The notes beneath the pieces were generated by a model that had not been told where the DNA came from, searched no databases, and saw nothing but the letters and a program-made list of their open reading frames with translations. The position numbers and the translations under genes are program-made. Of a stretch of DNA of 64,000 nt, positions 41,001 through 50,058 are shown in pieces (the stretch's first letter is position 1; the number at the start of each line of letters is the position of its first letter). The DNA lies in the IMG/VR virus record IMGVR_UViG_3300034117_002447, positions 207,291 through 271,290 of that record; one strand, written 5' to 3'.

Positions 41001-42411
41001 AAAAGAGGCAATGGATTATCTGCAAGGAGTAAAGTCCCCAGCAGATGACATTGATCCAAATTTAAGTGATGAAGAAAAAGCAAGAATAAAAAAAGCAGCC
41101 GATCTTAGAAAGGCTCGCTTAAAGTCGGCACTGGCGTTTACTTCGCTATCAATAGTCTCACCGAGTTTAAAATTATTTGATCCATTTGCCCCATGCTGCT
41201 CAACTGAAGAGACTTCACTTGAATTACCAGCGTCTCCTCAAATATTAGCCGCGATTGCAATATTTAATGCGTTATTAGATGCAGTACTAAGCGGATTAAC
41301 CGTTGAATCACTAAAAGCCTTACTTGGAGATTCTCTATCTAATATTGGAATATCTAGCATAACAAGCCTATTTGATTCTATACTTTCAGCATTTCCACCA
41401 ATTGTTTTACCTAATAAAGCAGATTTAGTTGCAATTTCACAAGCAATGCTTATTCCAGTATTAACTGCATTACACGTCCCACAAGCACCAAATCCTTTGG
41501 GACTACCCTTTCCGATTCAAGTATCAATTCCATTAGACGCACTAATTAAGCCTCTTCTTAAATCAGCAATTGCTTACCTTCTTGAACTAATTTTAAGAAT
41601 GCTAGCCGATGCTGGAAATTTATTAACGTCCGGAGCCGGATCGGCTGCTTCTACGACAGTCGGTGAGATACTTCAATTAATACCATGTGGAAATTCACAA
41701 ACCGCTACTGTAACTACAACCGCCGCTTCAAAATTCGTCACAATTACTTTACCTAATGGATTTAAACTTAAGCTTCCTAAAATTCCAATGATTCCATTAG
41801 ACATAGTCAGTTATTTTTCATTACTTACCTCTACTGACTTGGTTGAATTAATCAGAAGCTTAATTAATACGGCAATCGACGGAATATTGCAACCGGTTAA
41901 GTCTATCGTTGAGCCAATTCTTGGATTAACTAAATCCTTAAAGGATCTATCGTTTAACATCATTGAATCAGCGAATCCATACATTCTTCCAATTAAATTA
42001 ATTATAATGGCGCTTCAATTACAGATACCTAATTCAACAAAGGTTAGACTCACTAATTTAGATGCAATGGATTTGATTAAAGCCGCCTATATTCCAGTTA
42101 TCACTGCTACTGAACCAGTCGTAAAAGAGATAGCATACTTGGGCGCAATCATATCGTGTTCTTTTCTAAGTAAGCCCGGCGTTCAGTTAGCTAGAGTAGC
42201 ATCAAGCCCATTTTTTAACCAGGATGATCTTCCGCCTTGGGAAAGATTAACTCATAAAAATCCATTATTTGCAATATTTCTGGATGAGTTAGCTTGGAGA
42301 TCAAGCCTACTTTCAACCGGCACCTTAATATTCCAAAGTAAAATGCCAGGGCTGTATCCAACCACCTGGGCACCAAGTATATTTGTTGATCCAGGAATTC
42401 ATACAATTTAA
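38053..42411 (+). CDS. Large hypothetical protein (1452 aa) with coiled-coils and Pro-rich hydrophobic segments
   Basis: Long uninterrupted ORF with a GTG start. No family recognised. Confidence 0.8.
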   Translation: MDKTFKEILTDIKCGKLASPAFTEDDLAKVKACIPEPIAQPTKEVKVTVPSESSCVNDGLIQVKKILTEQLSKQDVVVELGTIKGKVEEALDHYKVISNYYKARVEFFTSTISTVEPLTSQYLYWTDEYDRTKAIEDKIIEDYNSTFQSFDYVNYGIKLVVSLTDSQFKTITTYNSTVLSNLITQTYFNYIVNTPIYLKYYTARKNRILAEERQLLSKQGAANALSQSIQNYPALSDSSTVESTLNSLTSKISGQLIPIFSDTESSLTGGLIAPARTAVFSMRLIDLDFTKLTVPKLLENGETSQVEKTLVIRNSPYLKNSPFSNSVATSCQSIPFEQYKQNRDYDFISGALYNLTASGYRGLYKKLANPISNLYTPEERGLTVDPTKIDPLIKDVENAPVSLKEGDITFYISSQEAYSTFYDTANKSLPDRIKKEKEQVFPAEIAPTLTSLSTIAKREVADFFRRTTDASIKLARPTSYRAGASTVYTQGVFKYSTLDTVISQRLAYYQKAYDEAALKIQACQKDIANLDLLIKENSMDPKVLEVKISKIKCFSEAAKSKAVAKDCEAETLAKLGKDPLFIRTLNGNDSKLPDMNNPCYWKEFAKALNKVSLLPIPDLSSPLFRYYPINNIIPTPLGIVMIPIPQKWTPLFSLSTPLGTIVTFITMPVVIVGIPLPSVYVLYIAPDGRKYMLVAPNIPFLLIPGGSKVGFEVDNSPASQNPLGINPTDPFKGQLTKGSLSIPITISAKASKAIRVATVAAAVALGKGIDIKNGAGAVLGQIDPVTYLAKYTGLSEKLADALDMEASNDFTKQVNEFKRSINKQFDRLGEIQITAITKLKEKTRNERDSQVKGAESEENLAKKRETKKKARSLDPITLQSKIDGVLEDFNKYIDKIKLGTISFPNDPTKLNPPLPNAVSAMQPIVEQAAKGELNLDLDSVNFIAKIKRMAAQVDTSKLKSKKSFNLNKQEDIVEFKKAIKEYTKEAMDYLQGVKSPADDIDPNLSDEEKARIKKAADLRKARLKSALAFTSLSIVSPSLKLFDPFAPCCSTEETSLELPASPQILAAIAIFNALLDAVLSGLTVESLKALLGDSLSNIGISSITSLFDSILSAFPPIVLPNKADLVAISQAMLIPVLTALHVPQAPNPLGLPFPIQVSIPLDALIKPLLKSAIAYLLELILRMLADAGNLLTSGAGSAASTTVGEILQLIPCGNSQTATVTTTAASKFVTITLPNGFKLKLPKIPMIPLDIVSYFSLLTSTDLVELIRSLINTAIDGILQPVKSIVEPILGLTKSLKDLSFNIIESANPYILPIKLIIMALQLQIPNSTKVRLTNLDAMDLIKAAYIPVITATEPVVKEIAYLGAIISCSFLSKPGVQLARVASSPFFNQDDLPPWERLTHKNPLFAIFLDELAWRSSLLSTGTLIFQSKMPGLYPTTWAPSIFVDPGIHTI

Positions 42412-42437
42412 AACTCTAGGCAGTTTCTGTGTATAAT
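42411..42437 (+). promoter_or_regulatory. AAACT-N16-TATAAT promoter (S1-like gene)
   Basis: Member of the eight-copy motif. Confidence 0.6.
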
Positions 42438-42469
42438 TTATTAGTTAACTTTTTTAATCTAACAAAAAC

Positions 42470-43651
42470 ATGCAAAAAAACGAAAACGTCCAAGAAGTTA
42501 TTGATTTTGACTTACTGTTTAGCCAGGGAAATTCCCGAGTAAACAAAAGCATTAAATTAACTCCAGCGGATAAAAAAGCGGGCTTAAAGATTTTCTGTAA
42601 AGAACCTTATGCCCAAGAGCTTTACGACAAGTACTATTCATCAAATACATTCGGCGCAACCGCAAATAAAGACTTTGAAATAGGTCATGTTTGTAAAGTA
42701 ACTGCCAAGAAAATTGATTTTGAAAACAAACAAATCGAAGTTCAAGATGATGATTCCTTGTCTACTATCTTTGTTCCATTTAGAGAATTTAGCGAAGAGC
42801 CTTCTTTGTTATTACAGAATGAAACAAGTGCAAAGTTCAAAGTTGTTATCTACAAAGCCGATGCCGGCGATTATTTAGGATCAGAAAAACGTTGCGCTGC
42901 TCTTTCTTACCGAGACGATCTTAACGAGTTCTTAAAAGAAGAAAAATGGTTCTATGTTAAGGTTACTAACCTAGTTAAAGGAGGTTACCTTGCACTGTAT
43001 AAAGGAACAGTTAAATGTTTCCTACCTGGATCACATGCTGCTGCAAACGTTATTCGAGACTTCAATGAATACTTGAATAAAGAGATTCCAGTAATGATTG
43101 AGAACTACGATCAAACAAATGATCTATTCATTGTTTCATACAAGAAATATATTAAACAAACTTTACCTCAAAGAGTTCACGAACTTAAATTTGGAGAAAA
43201 GTACACAGGTATTTTAACTAACAAACCTTATGATTTCGGAATGTTCGTTGAATTCCAAAACTATTTTACCGGGCTATTACACAAAACTGAATTTGCAAAT
43301 TACGAAGAATTCAGTAAAGGTTATAAATCCGGAGATTCAATTGATTTCTATATCAAAGATATCGTAATCAAGAAAGGAGAGCCTAGAATTATTTTAACTG
43401 ATTCATTAGAGAAAGTAGGAGAAGAGCAGTTAACTTGGCAAAACCTAAAAGACCGAATCGAAGGTCAAACATTAAATTTCACACTTAACAAACAAACTTT
43501 TGTTTTAGAAATTGAGTTACCTGATTCAGATACAGTTTTTACAACTGACGTAAATCACCTTAAAGGTAGAACCAAGGTGAGCGATTCAGGCCAAATCCAA
43601 GTCTACAAAGTAGATGCGATTAGAAAGCAATTAAAGTTCGAATTCGTCTAA
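42470..43651 (+). CDS. Ribosomal protein bS1-like multi-S1-domain RNA-binding protein
   Basis: S1 repeats VKVTNLVKGGYLALYKG.VKCFLPGSH and YTGILTNKPYDFGMFVEFQNYFTGLLHKTEF...GDSIDFYIKDI, plus degenerate flanking domains. Confidence 0.8.
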   Translation: MQKNENVQEVIDFDLLFSQGNSRVNKSIKLTPADKKAGLKIFCKEPYAQELYDKYYSSNTFGATANKDFEIGHVCKVTAKKIDFENKQIEVQDDDSLSTIFVPFREFSEEPSLLLQNETSAKFKVVIYKADAGDYLGSEKRCAALSYRDDLNEFLKEEKWFYVKVTNLVKGGYLALYKGTVKCFLPGSHAAANVIRDFNEYLNKEIPVMIENYDQTNDLFIVSYKKYIKQTLPQRVHELKFGEKYTGILTNKPYDFGMFVEFQNYFTGLLHKTEFANYEEFSKGYKSGDSIDFYIKDIVIKKGEPRIILTDSLEKVGEEQLTWQNLKDRIEGQTLNFTLNKQTFVLEIELPDSDTVFTTDVNHLKGRTKVSDSGQIQVYKVDAIRKQLKFEFV

Positions 43652-43682
43652 TTTTATAAGTTGCGTGGTATTATAGTTTCGA

Positions 43683-43690
43683 TATAAATA
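43683..43690 (+). promoter_or_regulatory. T4-like late promoter (TATAAATA)
   Basis: Exact T4 late consensus in the intergenic region before nrdB. Confidence 0.5.
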
Positions 43691-43696
43691 ATCCAG

Positions 43697-43834
43697 ATGG
43701 ATAACTCGAAATTTAAAATACCACGCATTTTACTGTTCGCTGTTCACCTGGCTAACCATATCAAGCATTTTGCAACCACTATTAGCCGACAGACGACACC
43801 ATATTCGATTATTCAATCACTTACACACACTTAA
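43697..43834 (+). CDS. Possible 45-aa small ORF upstream of nrdB
   Basis: ATG 6 nt after TATAAATA (43683-43690): [45 protein letters not shown]. No family recognised. Confidence 0.3.
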   Translation: MDNSKFKIPRILLFAVHLANHIKHFATTISRQTTPYSIIQSLTHT

Positions 43835-43851
43835 TTAAAAAAATTACAAAA

Positions 43852-44814
43852 ATGGAACCTATTTTAACAGAGAATCCAAACCGCTTCGTTGTCTTCCCAA
43901 TTCAGCATCATGATATTTGGGAATTTTACAAGAAGTCAGAAGCGTCATTTTGGACAGCAGAGGAAATTGACTTAGCAGCAGACTTAGTCGACTGGAGAAA
44001 AAACCTTAACGATGGTGAACGCCATTTTATTAAACATATATTGGCATTTTTTGCCGCAAGCGACGGAATCGTTAATGAAAATTTAGCTGAGAACTTTGTA
44101 AAAGACGTCCAGTATCCAGAAGCAAAATTCTTCTATGGCTTTCAAATCATGATGGAAAATATCCATTCTGAAACATATTCTCTGTTAATCGATACGTATA
44201 TTACTGATCAAGACGAGAAAATGCACCTATTACGAGCAATTGACACAATCCCAGCCGTTCAGAAAAAAGCTGAATGGGCACTAAGATGGATCAAGAACTC
44301 AACTTTCCAAGAAAGACTCGTTGCATTTGCTGCAGTTGAAGGAATATTCTTTTCAGGTTCATTCTGTTCTATTTTTTGGCTTAAGAAAAGAGGCCTAATG
44401 CCAGGACTAAGTTTTTCTAATGAACTTATTTCCAGAGATGAAGGTTCTCATACAGACTTTGCAGTTCACCTACACAATCATCACATTGTAGATAAAGTGT
44501 CACCAGATCGAATTAAAGAAATTATATTATCTGCCCTTGAGATTGAGAAAGAGTTTATAATTGAGGCTCTTCCAGTTAAACTAATCGGCATGAATTCAGA
44601 TTTGATGGCTCAGTATTTAGAATTTGTAACAGACAGACTATTATCTGATTTAGGTTGTGAACCTGTATTTAATTCAATAAATCCCTTTGACTTCATGGTT
44701 AACATCGCACTAAACGGAAAAACTAACTTTTTCGAAAAAAGAGTAGGCGAATACCAAAAAGCAGGGGTAAAAACCGGAGATAACACCGGATTTTCATTAG
44801 ACGCAGACTTTTAA
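43852..44814 (+). CDS. nrdB: Ribonucleotide reductase class Ia beta subunit
   Basis: [47 protein letters not shown] and [12 protein letters not shown] di-iron motifs. Confidence 0.97.
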   Translation: MEPILTENPNRFVVFPIQHHDIWEFYKKSEASFWTAEEIDLAADLVDWRKNLNDGERHFIKHILAFFAASDGIVNENLAENFVKDVQYPEAKFFYGFQIMMENIHSETYSLLIDTYITDQDEKMHLLRAIDTIPAVQKKAEWALRWIKNSTFQERLVAFAAVEGIFFSGSFCSIFWLKKRGLMPGLSFSNELISRDEGSHTDFAVHLHNHHIVDKVSPDRIKEIILSALEIEKEFIIEALPVKLIGMNSDLMAQYLEFVTDRLLSDLGCEPVFNSINPFDFMVNIALNGKTNFFEKRVGEYQKAGVKTGDNTGFSLDADF

Positions 44815-44828
44815 AAATACGAAACTAC

Positions 44829-47258
44829 ATGAAGGTAATAAAAAGAGATGGGCATAGCGAAACGCTAAAGCTCGATAAAATAACAAACCGTATTAAAAAG
44901 CAAACATACGGATTGGATACAGACTACGTTGACTCACTTGAAGTAGCCACTAAAGTAGTATCTGGAATATACGATGGAATTAACACACAGCAACTTGATC
45001 TACTCGCGGCTGAAACTGCTGCTGCTCTAGCTCATATTCACCCAGACTACTCAATCTTAGCTGCAAGAATTGCAATTACCCGATTGCACAAAACGACCCA
45101 CAAGTCATTTAGTGATACAATTGACCACCTATATAATTACATAGATCCAAAGACTGGAAAGGTGGCAGGCATTATCTCTGATGAAACCTATGCTGCTGTA
45201 CAGAAGAATAAGAATACGCTAAACGAAGCAATCATTCATGATCGCGATCTTAACTTTGACTACTTTGGATTTAAGACATTAGAGCGTAGTTACTTATTAA
45301 AGACATACGGCCAGCCGGCTGAAACTCCTCAACATTTATACATGAGGGTAGCTGTAGGTATTTGGGGAACAGACATTCAAAACGTATTAAAAACGTATGA
45401 GCTTCTGTCAACTCACAAAATGACTCATGCCACTCCAACCCTGTTTAACGCTGGAACCAAACGTCCACAATTATCTTCATGCTTCTTATTAACTATGCAT
45501 GAAGATTCAATTTCAGGAATTTACAAAACTCTATCTGATGTAGCTGCAATTTCACAAAATGCTGGAGGCATCGGCTTATCGGTTTCAAATATTAGAGCTA
45601 CTGGTTCTTATATCAAAGGAACAAACGGTACGTCAAATGGAATTATTCCAATGCTAAAGGTTTACAATGAGACTGCTCGTTATGTAGATCAAGGCGGAGG
45701 AAAACGTAAAGGCTCTTTTGCTATTTACTTGGAGCCATGGCATGCAGATATTGAAGATTTCTTGGATTTACGTAAAAACCACGGTAAAGAAGAGCGTAGA
45801 GCTCGAGATCTTTTCTTAGCTATGTGGACACCAGATCTTTTCATGAAGAGAGTTGAAGAGGATGGCGATTGGACACTATTCTGTCCAGCTGAAATTGACT
45901 GCGAGCTTTGGGAAATGTACGGAGAGGAATTCGAGAGTAATTACGAAAGACTTGAAGCTGAAGGAAAAGGTCGTCATACTATGAAGGCTAGAACCCTATG
46001 GCAAAAAATCCTTGAATCACAAGTTGAGACAGGCACGCCATATATTCTTTTCAAAGATTCAGCTAATCGTAAATCAAATCAAAAGAATTTAGGAACAATC
46101 AAATCTTCTAACTTATGTACTGAAATTATAGAGTACACCTCAAAAGAAGAACAGGCTGTTTGTAACTTAGCGTCTATTCCAGTAAATCAATTTATTACAA
46201 TCGGAAAGCGTACAGGTAAACTAAGAAAACCTAATTGTGAGTACGACTATGAGGCTCTATATGATGTAGCATATCAAACAACACTAAATCTAAATAAAGT
46301 AATTGACGTAAACTTCTACCCTACTGCAGAAACTAAAGCATCTAACGAGAAACACCGCCCAATTGGAATAGGTATTCAAGGTTTAGCTGATACTTTTGCA
46401 ATAATGGGAATTGAATTTGGCGGAGAAGCCTCAAAGAAATTAAACTCTGAGATATTTGAAACAATCTACTTCGCTGCAATGGAAGCATCAATTGATCTTG
46501 CAAAGAAGGATGGGGCATACGCCTCATACGAAGGTTCTCCATTAAGCTCAGGACAATTTCAGTTTAACTTATGGGGAGTAACGGATGACCAATTATCAGG
46601 TCGTTGGAATTGGGTAGCTCTTCGTAGAAAACTTATGAAGCATGGATCCCGAAATTCTCTATTGCTTGCGCCAATGCCAACTGCCTCTACTGCCCAAATC
46701 ATGGGTAACAATGAAGCATTCGAGGCATTCACTTCGAATATAGGAACTCGTCGAACTTTAGCTGGAGAATTTATTGTAGTTAATAAACATCTAGTTAGAG
46801 ATCTAGCTGAACTAGGACTTTGGGGAGATTCTATGAGAAATCGAGTAATCTTGGAAAAAGGTTCTGTTCAAAATATCGTTGAGATTCCAGAGGAATTAAG
46901 AGCTGTTTATAAAACAGTTTGGGAAATTTCTCAAAAGACCATCATCGACATGTCAGCTGATCGTGGTAAATTTATTTGTCAATCACAATCTCTGAATTTA
47001 TTCTTTAGAGACGTAAATACTGCAAAATTAACATCAGCTCACTTCCATTCTTGGAAAAGCGGATTAAAGACAGGAATGTATTATCTTAGAACTGAAGCTG
47101 CGAGTTCGGCAATTGCTGGACTAGGAGTAAATATGGCTACTGGAAAAGTTGCTCCAACTGTCCAAATTGCACCAGTATTTGAAGCGCTTAATACAAGTGC
47201 GGAAGATATAGTATGTTCTCTTGATAACCCAGATGCATGCGAAGCTTGCGGATCATAA
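44829..47258 (+). CDS. nrdA: Ribonucleotide reductase class Ia alpha subunit with ATP cone
   Basis: MKVIKRDG ATP cone, TPTLFNAGT, QLSSCFL, SSNLCTEI, AVCNLAS, PMPTASTAQI, C-terminal CEACGS. Confidence 0.97.
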   Translation: MKVIKRDGHSETLKLDKITNRIKKQTYGLDTDYVDSLEVATKVVSGIYDGINTQQLDLLAAETAAALAHIHPDYSILAARIAITRLHKTTHKSFSDTIDHLYNYIDPKTGKVAGIISDETYAAVQKNKNTLNEAIIHDRDLNFDYFGFKTLERSYLLKTYGQPAETPQHLYMRVAVGIWGTDIQNVLKTYELLSTHKMTHATPTLFNAGTKRPQLSSCFLLTMHEDSISGIYKTLSDVAAISQNAGGIGLSVSNIRATGSYIKGTNGTSNGIIPMLKVYNETARYVDQGGGKRKGSFAIYLEPWHADIEDFLDLRKNHGKEERRARDLFLAMWTPDLFMKRVEEDGDWTLFCPAEIDCELWEMYGEEFESNYERLEAEGKGRHTMKARTLWQKILESQVETGTPYILFKDSANRKSNQKNLGTIKSSNLCTEIIEYTSKEEQAVCNLASIPVNQFITIGKRTGKLRKPNCEYDYEALYDVAYQTTLNLNKVIDVNFYPTAETKASNEKHRPIGIGIQGLADTFAIMGIEFGGEASKKLNSEIFETIYFAAMEASIDLAKKDGAYASYEGSPLSSGQFQFNLWGVTDDQLSGRWNWVALRRKLMKHGSRNSLLLAPMPTASTAQIMGNNEAFEAFTSNIGTRRTLAGEFIVVNKHLVRDLAELGLWGDSMRNRVILEKGSVQNIVEIPEELRAVYKTVWEISQKTIIDMSADRGKFICQSQSLNLFFRDVNTAKLTSAHFHSWKSGLKTGMYYLRTEAASSAIAGLGVNMATGKVAPTVQIAPVFEALNTSAEDIVCSLDNPDACEACGS

Positions 47259-47279
47259 ATCCTTAAACTATACTGACTT

Positions 47280-47310
47280 AAATAGGAGCCTAGCGCTCCT
47301 ATTTTTGTTT
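47280..47310 (+). terminator. Intrinsic terminator after nrdA
   Basis: AAATAGGAGC-CTAGC-GCTCCTATTT followed by TTGTTT. Confidence 0.75.
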
Positions 47311-47317
47311 ATAAATA
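47310..47317 (+). promoter_or_regulatory. T4-like late promoter (TATAAATA)
   Basis: Directly after the nrdA terminator and before the putative internal head proteins. Confidence 0.7.
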
Positions 47318-47337
47318 ACAGTAACAAATAGACTATT

Positions 47338-47907
47338 ATGGAAATACTTAACTTTAGTAAATTTAAACTGTTATTGGAAGCAGAAGGCGATCCAGAAACA
47401 GAGCCTGCAGCGGAACCGGTTGAACCACCCGCTGACGAAACTCCAGCTGAACCTGCTCCACCAGCAGATGCTCCAGCCGATGCTCCAGCACCATCATCTC
47501 CTGATCCAATGGCTGATCCTTTTGCTAGTGCAGCACTTCCGCCCGATCCAAATGCTCCAGTTGCTTCTTCTGGTACAGGTTCTACTCGAATCGTATTCTT
47601 AGATAAAGACAAGTCATGGCATTCGGAATTCACAGACGGTGGTGGAGTTAAGAGATACAAAGAATATGAATTGGCTCAAGCTGATCTAGATAAATGGATC
47701 ACCGATAACAACTTCACAGATAAAAAAGAACAGATTACAGTCGCTCTTACTGGAACAAAGGCTTTACCTGAAGACATATACGATAAATTAAAATCAGCAC
47801 TATCTTCTGATAAACTAGGGAAGGATCGTGGAGATATTGATATTAACTATGACGATAAGTCAATTCCATCTACTAGTGATCTCGATGTAATCTTCTTAAA
47901 GAAATGA
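47338..47907 (+). CDS. Acidic Pro/Ala-rich protein, putative internal head protein
   Basis: Directly follows TATAAATA (47310-47317). N-terminus MEILNFSKFKLLLE-A resembles a capsid-targeting/protease-cleavage leader. Confidence 0.65.
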   Translation: MEILNFSKFKLLLEAEGDPETEPAAEPVEPPADETPAEPAPPADAPADAPAPSSPDPMADPFASAALPPDPNAPVASSGTGSTRIVFLDKDKSWHSEFTDGGGVKRYKEYELAQADLDKWITDNNFTDKKEQITVALTGTKALPEDIYDKLKSALSSDKLGKDRGDIDINYDDKSIPSTSDLDVIFLKK

Positions 47908-48629
47908 TAAAAAGATTTAGTCAATTTATATACGAATCAAAATACGACACGCTATCATCTTCTTATGCGAGCGATGTATTTTCATTTATCAAAAAAACAG
48001 CCGGCTCAACAATAGGCAAACCTAAAACTGAGAGTTTTACCTACTCTGAACCTATTGAATTTGACTTAACTGTTAAAATAGTTAGAGTGGTCGACTTTGA
48101 TCCTTCTGAAACTACTGATTTTAATGGACTTCCTTGGGAAACCATTAATTTCGAAGAGAATGGATTTGTAGTTGATGCAAACGTGTATATCCCAGCTGAA
48201 TCTGATCCAGACTCTCCAGAGATAGACCTAGTTATTTACATTAGCCCTGACGCTGAACCTTCTAAATACCAAGACTTAAACTTTAAAATAGTTGATACAC
48301 TTAGACACGAATTGGAGCACCTTTTACAAAAAGGAGTAAACAAGAAAGTCGGTCACATTGTAAAAACCTCAAAAAAAGTTAGAGATGGTGCTCAAGACAA
48401 TTACAAGTATTTTCTTTTACCTGATGAAATACCAGCAATGGTCTCAGGGATGCACGCAGCTGCTGTTAAAAAGAGAGTCCCAATAGATTCAGAATTCAAT
48501 TCATACTTACGGCCTTTCGTTTCTTCCGGCGTAATCTCTAAATCAGAATTCGAAGAAGTAATGCAAACCTGGATACGATTTACTAAGAAATCATTCCCAG
48601 ATGCAATATTTTCAACCAAATATCAATAA
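47904..48629 (+). CDS. Putative zinc metallopeptidase (HExxH) with a capsid-targeting-like leader
   Basis: LRHELEHLLQ plus downstream YFLLPDEIPA. N-terminus MIKRFSQFIYE-S. ATGA overlap with the upstream gene. Confidence 0.65.
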   Translation: MIKRFSQFIYESKYDTLSSSYASDVFSFIKKTAGSTIGKPKTESFTYSEPIEFDLTVKIVRVVDFDPSETTDFNGLPWETINFEENGFVVDANVYIPAESDPDSPEIDLVIYISPDAEPSKYQDLNFKIVDTLRHELEHLLQKGVNKKVGHIVKTSKKVRDGAQDNYKYFLLPDEIPAMVSGMHAAAVKKRVPIDSEFNSYLRPFVSSGVISKSEFEEVMQTWIRFTKKSFPDAIFSTKYQ

Positions 48630-48635
48630 TATTTA

Positions 48636-48662
48636 AAACCGGGTGAAGTTTCGTAATATAAG
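48636..48662 (+). promoter_or_regulatory. AAACC-N16-TATAAG promoter (Hc1-like gene)
   Basis: Member of the eight-copy motif. Confidence 0.55.
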
Positions 48663-48683
48663 ATACAAAAATACTTATTGATT

Positions 48684-48872
48684 ATGACACCAGAATGGTT
48701 AACACAATTAAAGGACCAAGTTGCTCAACTTGAAGCAGAAGCGGTTAAATTCTACGAAAAAGGAAATAAATCTGCGGGTACTAGAACTCGTGGTCTTCTT
48801 CAAGAAATTAAAGCTACTTGCCAAGAGGGAAGAACTCACGTTCAATCTTCTAAGACAGCTCCAAAAGCTTAA
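48684..48872 (+). CDS. Histone H1-like protein Hc1-type DNA-binding protein
   Basis: KFYEKGNKSAGTRTRGLLQEIK matches the GNK(A/S)AGTR(A)R core of Hc1/Bacteroidota histone-like proteins. ATG at 48684. Confidence 0.75.
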   Translation: MTPEWLTQLKDQVAQLEAEAVKFYEKGNKSAGTRTRGLLQEIKATCQEGRTHVQSSKTAPKA

Positions 48873-48896
48873 TTTTAGATTAAAAGTTCACATTAG

Positions 48897-48928
48897 AGGG
48901 CGGGTATTAAAACTCGCCCTATTTTTTT
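48897..48928 (+). terminator. Intrinsic terminator after the Hc1-like gene
   Basis: AGGGCGGGT-ATTAAA-ACTCGCCCT followed by a T7 tract. Confidence 0.8.
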
Positions 48929-48930
48929 GG

Positions 48931-48957
48931 AAACCTCTCACACTTATTTAGTATAAT
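48931..48957 (+). promoter_or_regulatory. AAACC-N16-TATAAT promoter (SSB operon)
   Basis: Immediately after a terminator; member of the eight-copy motif. Confidence 0.65.
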
Positions 48958-48983
48958 TCTATAAATTAAAATCATTTTTGAAC

Positions 48984-50039
48984 ATGGAAGATCTATTCAA
49001 TCTCAATCTCGATGATTTCTCAGGTAAATCATCAGCAAACGCTCGCAAAGTCGACGAAAACATGTACAATCCGGGTCCAGACCAAGGTCAGAACGGAATC
49101 TACAAATCAGTAATCCGTTTTATCCCATGGGTAACGGATCCTAGTAAAAGCCGCTACAAGAAGTACGCAGCAAAACTTATCAACCCTCTAACAAATGAGA
49201 AGTTGTACGTTGACTGCCCTTCTACTACTGGCGCATCATCAATTCTTTGGACATTGGACTTGGAATTAAAACGTTTGAAAAACGAAGAACCTTCAATTGT
49301 TGAAGAAATTCAGAAGTACTTCAATCGTTACTACAATTATTACTCTTGTGTTTACATCAAGAAAGACCCTCAATTTCCACAATTGGAAGGCAAAATCAAA
49401 GTTTATTCTTACGGATACACTATTGATAACTTGATTCAACAAGAGATCAATCCAGAAAATGAGTTAGTAACAACTCAAAAAATCAATCCATTCTCTCTTA
49501 CTACTGGTAAGGACTTCGTATTAGTTATTAAACGTAAAACGAAAGCATGGAGAGATTTCAGTTCAAGTAAATTCATGAATGAAGTTAGTCCTTTGATTAT
49601 CTCTCATGCAGGAAAAGAGATCGCAGTATCTAATGAGCCTAAAGTAATGCAATTTACTAGTGAGTTCTTTAAAAAGAACTCACCGGACATGAGTCAATAC
49701 TTCTTAAAAGAGTGGACTGACCATGAGTATGAAAAAGTTGCAGAATTTATCAAAGCAATCGTTCCTTACAAACAAATCATCGATAACTTAGTTGCAAACA
49801 CTAAAGATGAGAGAATGAAGAAACACTTTACTAACTCTGCTCCAGTTAATCGTTCTCAAGCACCAATGGGAGAATCTTTGGAATATACGCCAGCTGCGCC
49901 AGCTACATCAAGCTCTAATATGTCAATTGAATTAGACGATGATTTTGGTTCAATAACGGAAAGTCCAGCTCCAGTAAAATCTGCGCCAGCTGCTCCAGCT
50001 AAAGCAGATGACTTAGACGATTTATTCAAAGATCTATAA
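48984..50039 (+). CDS. Single-stranded DNA-binding protein, T4 gp32-like
   Basis: SVIRFIP, YVDCPST.G, YIKKDP..P.LEGKIKVY.YG, NPFSL..GKDF.L, and an acidic tail DDLDDLFKDL. Confidence 0.85.
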   Translation: MEDLFNLNLDDFSGKSSANARKVDENMYNPGPDQGQNGIYKSVIRFIPWVTDPSKSRYKKYAAKLINPLTNEKLYVDCPSTTGASSILWTLDLELKRLKNEEPSIVEEIQKYFNRYYNYYSCVYIKKDPQFPQLEGKIKVYSYGYTIDNLIQQEINPENELVTTQKINPFSLTTGKDFVLVIKRKTKAWRDFSSSKFMNEVSPLIISHAGKEIAVSNEPKVMQFTSEFFKKNSPDMSQYFLKEWTDHEYEKVAEFIKAIVPYKQIIDNLVANTKDERMKKHFTNSAPVNRSQAPMGESLEYTPAAPATSSSNMSIELDDDFGSITESPAPVKSAPAAPAKADDLDDLFKDL

Positions 50040-50058
50040 AAAATAACAACATACAAAC

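Noticed and set aside
43852-47258. Eukaryotic or giant-virus origin suggested by the eukaryote-like RNR
   Set aside because: This RNR subtype is also typical of Bacteroidota. The sheath, gp55, gp32, UvsX, gp41, bacterial GroEL/ES and operon packing indicate a bacteriophage.
47268-47660. 130-aa Gly/Ala/Ser-rich minus-strand ORF
   Set aside because: Antisense of the Pro/Ala-rich gene at 47338, which has a promoter and a coupled downstream gene.
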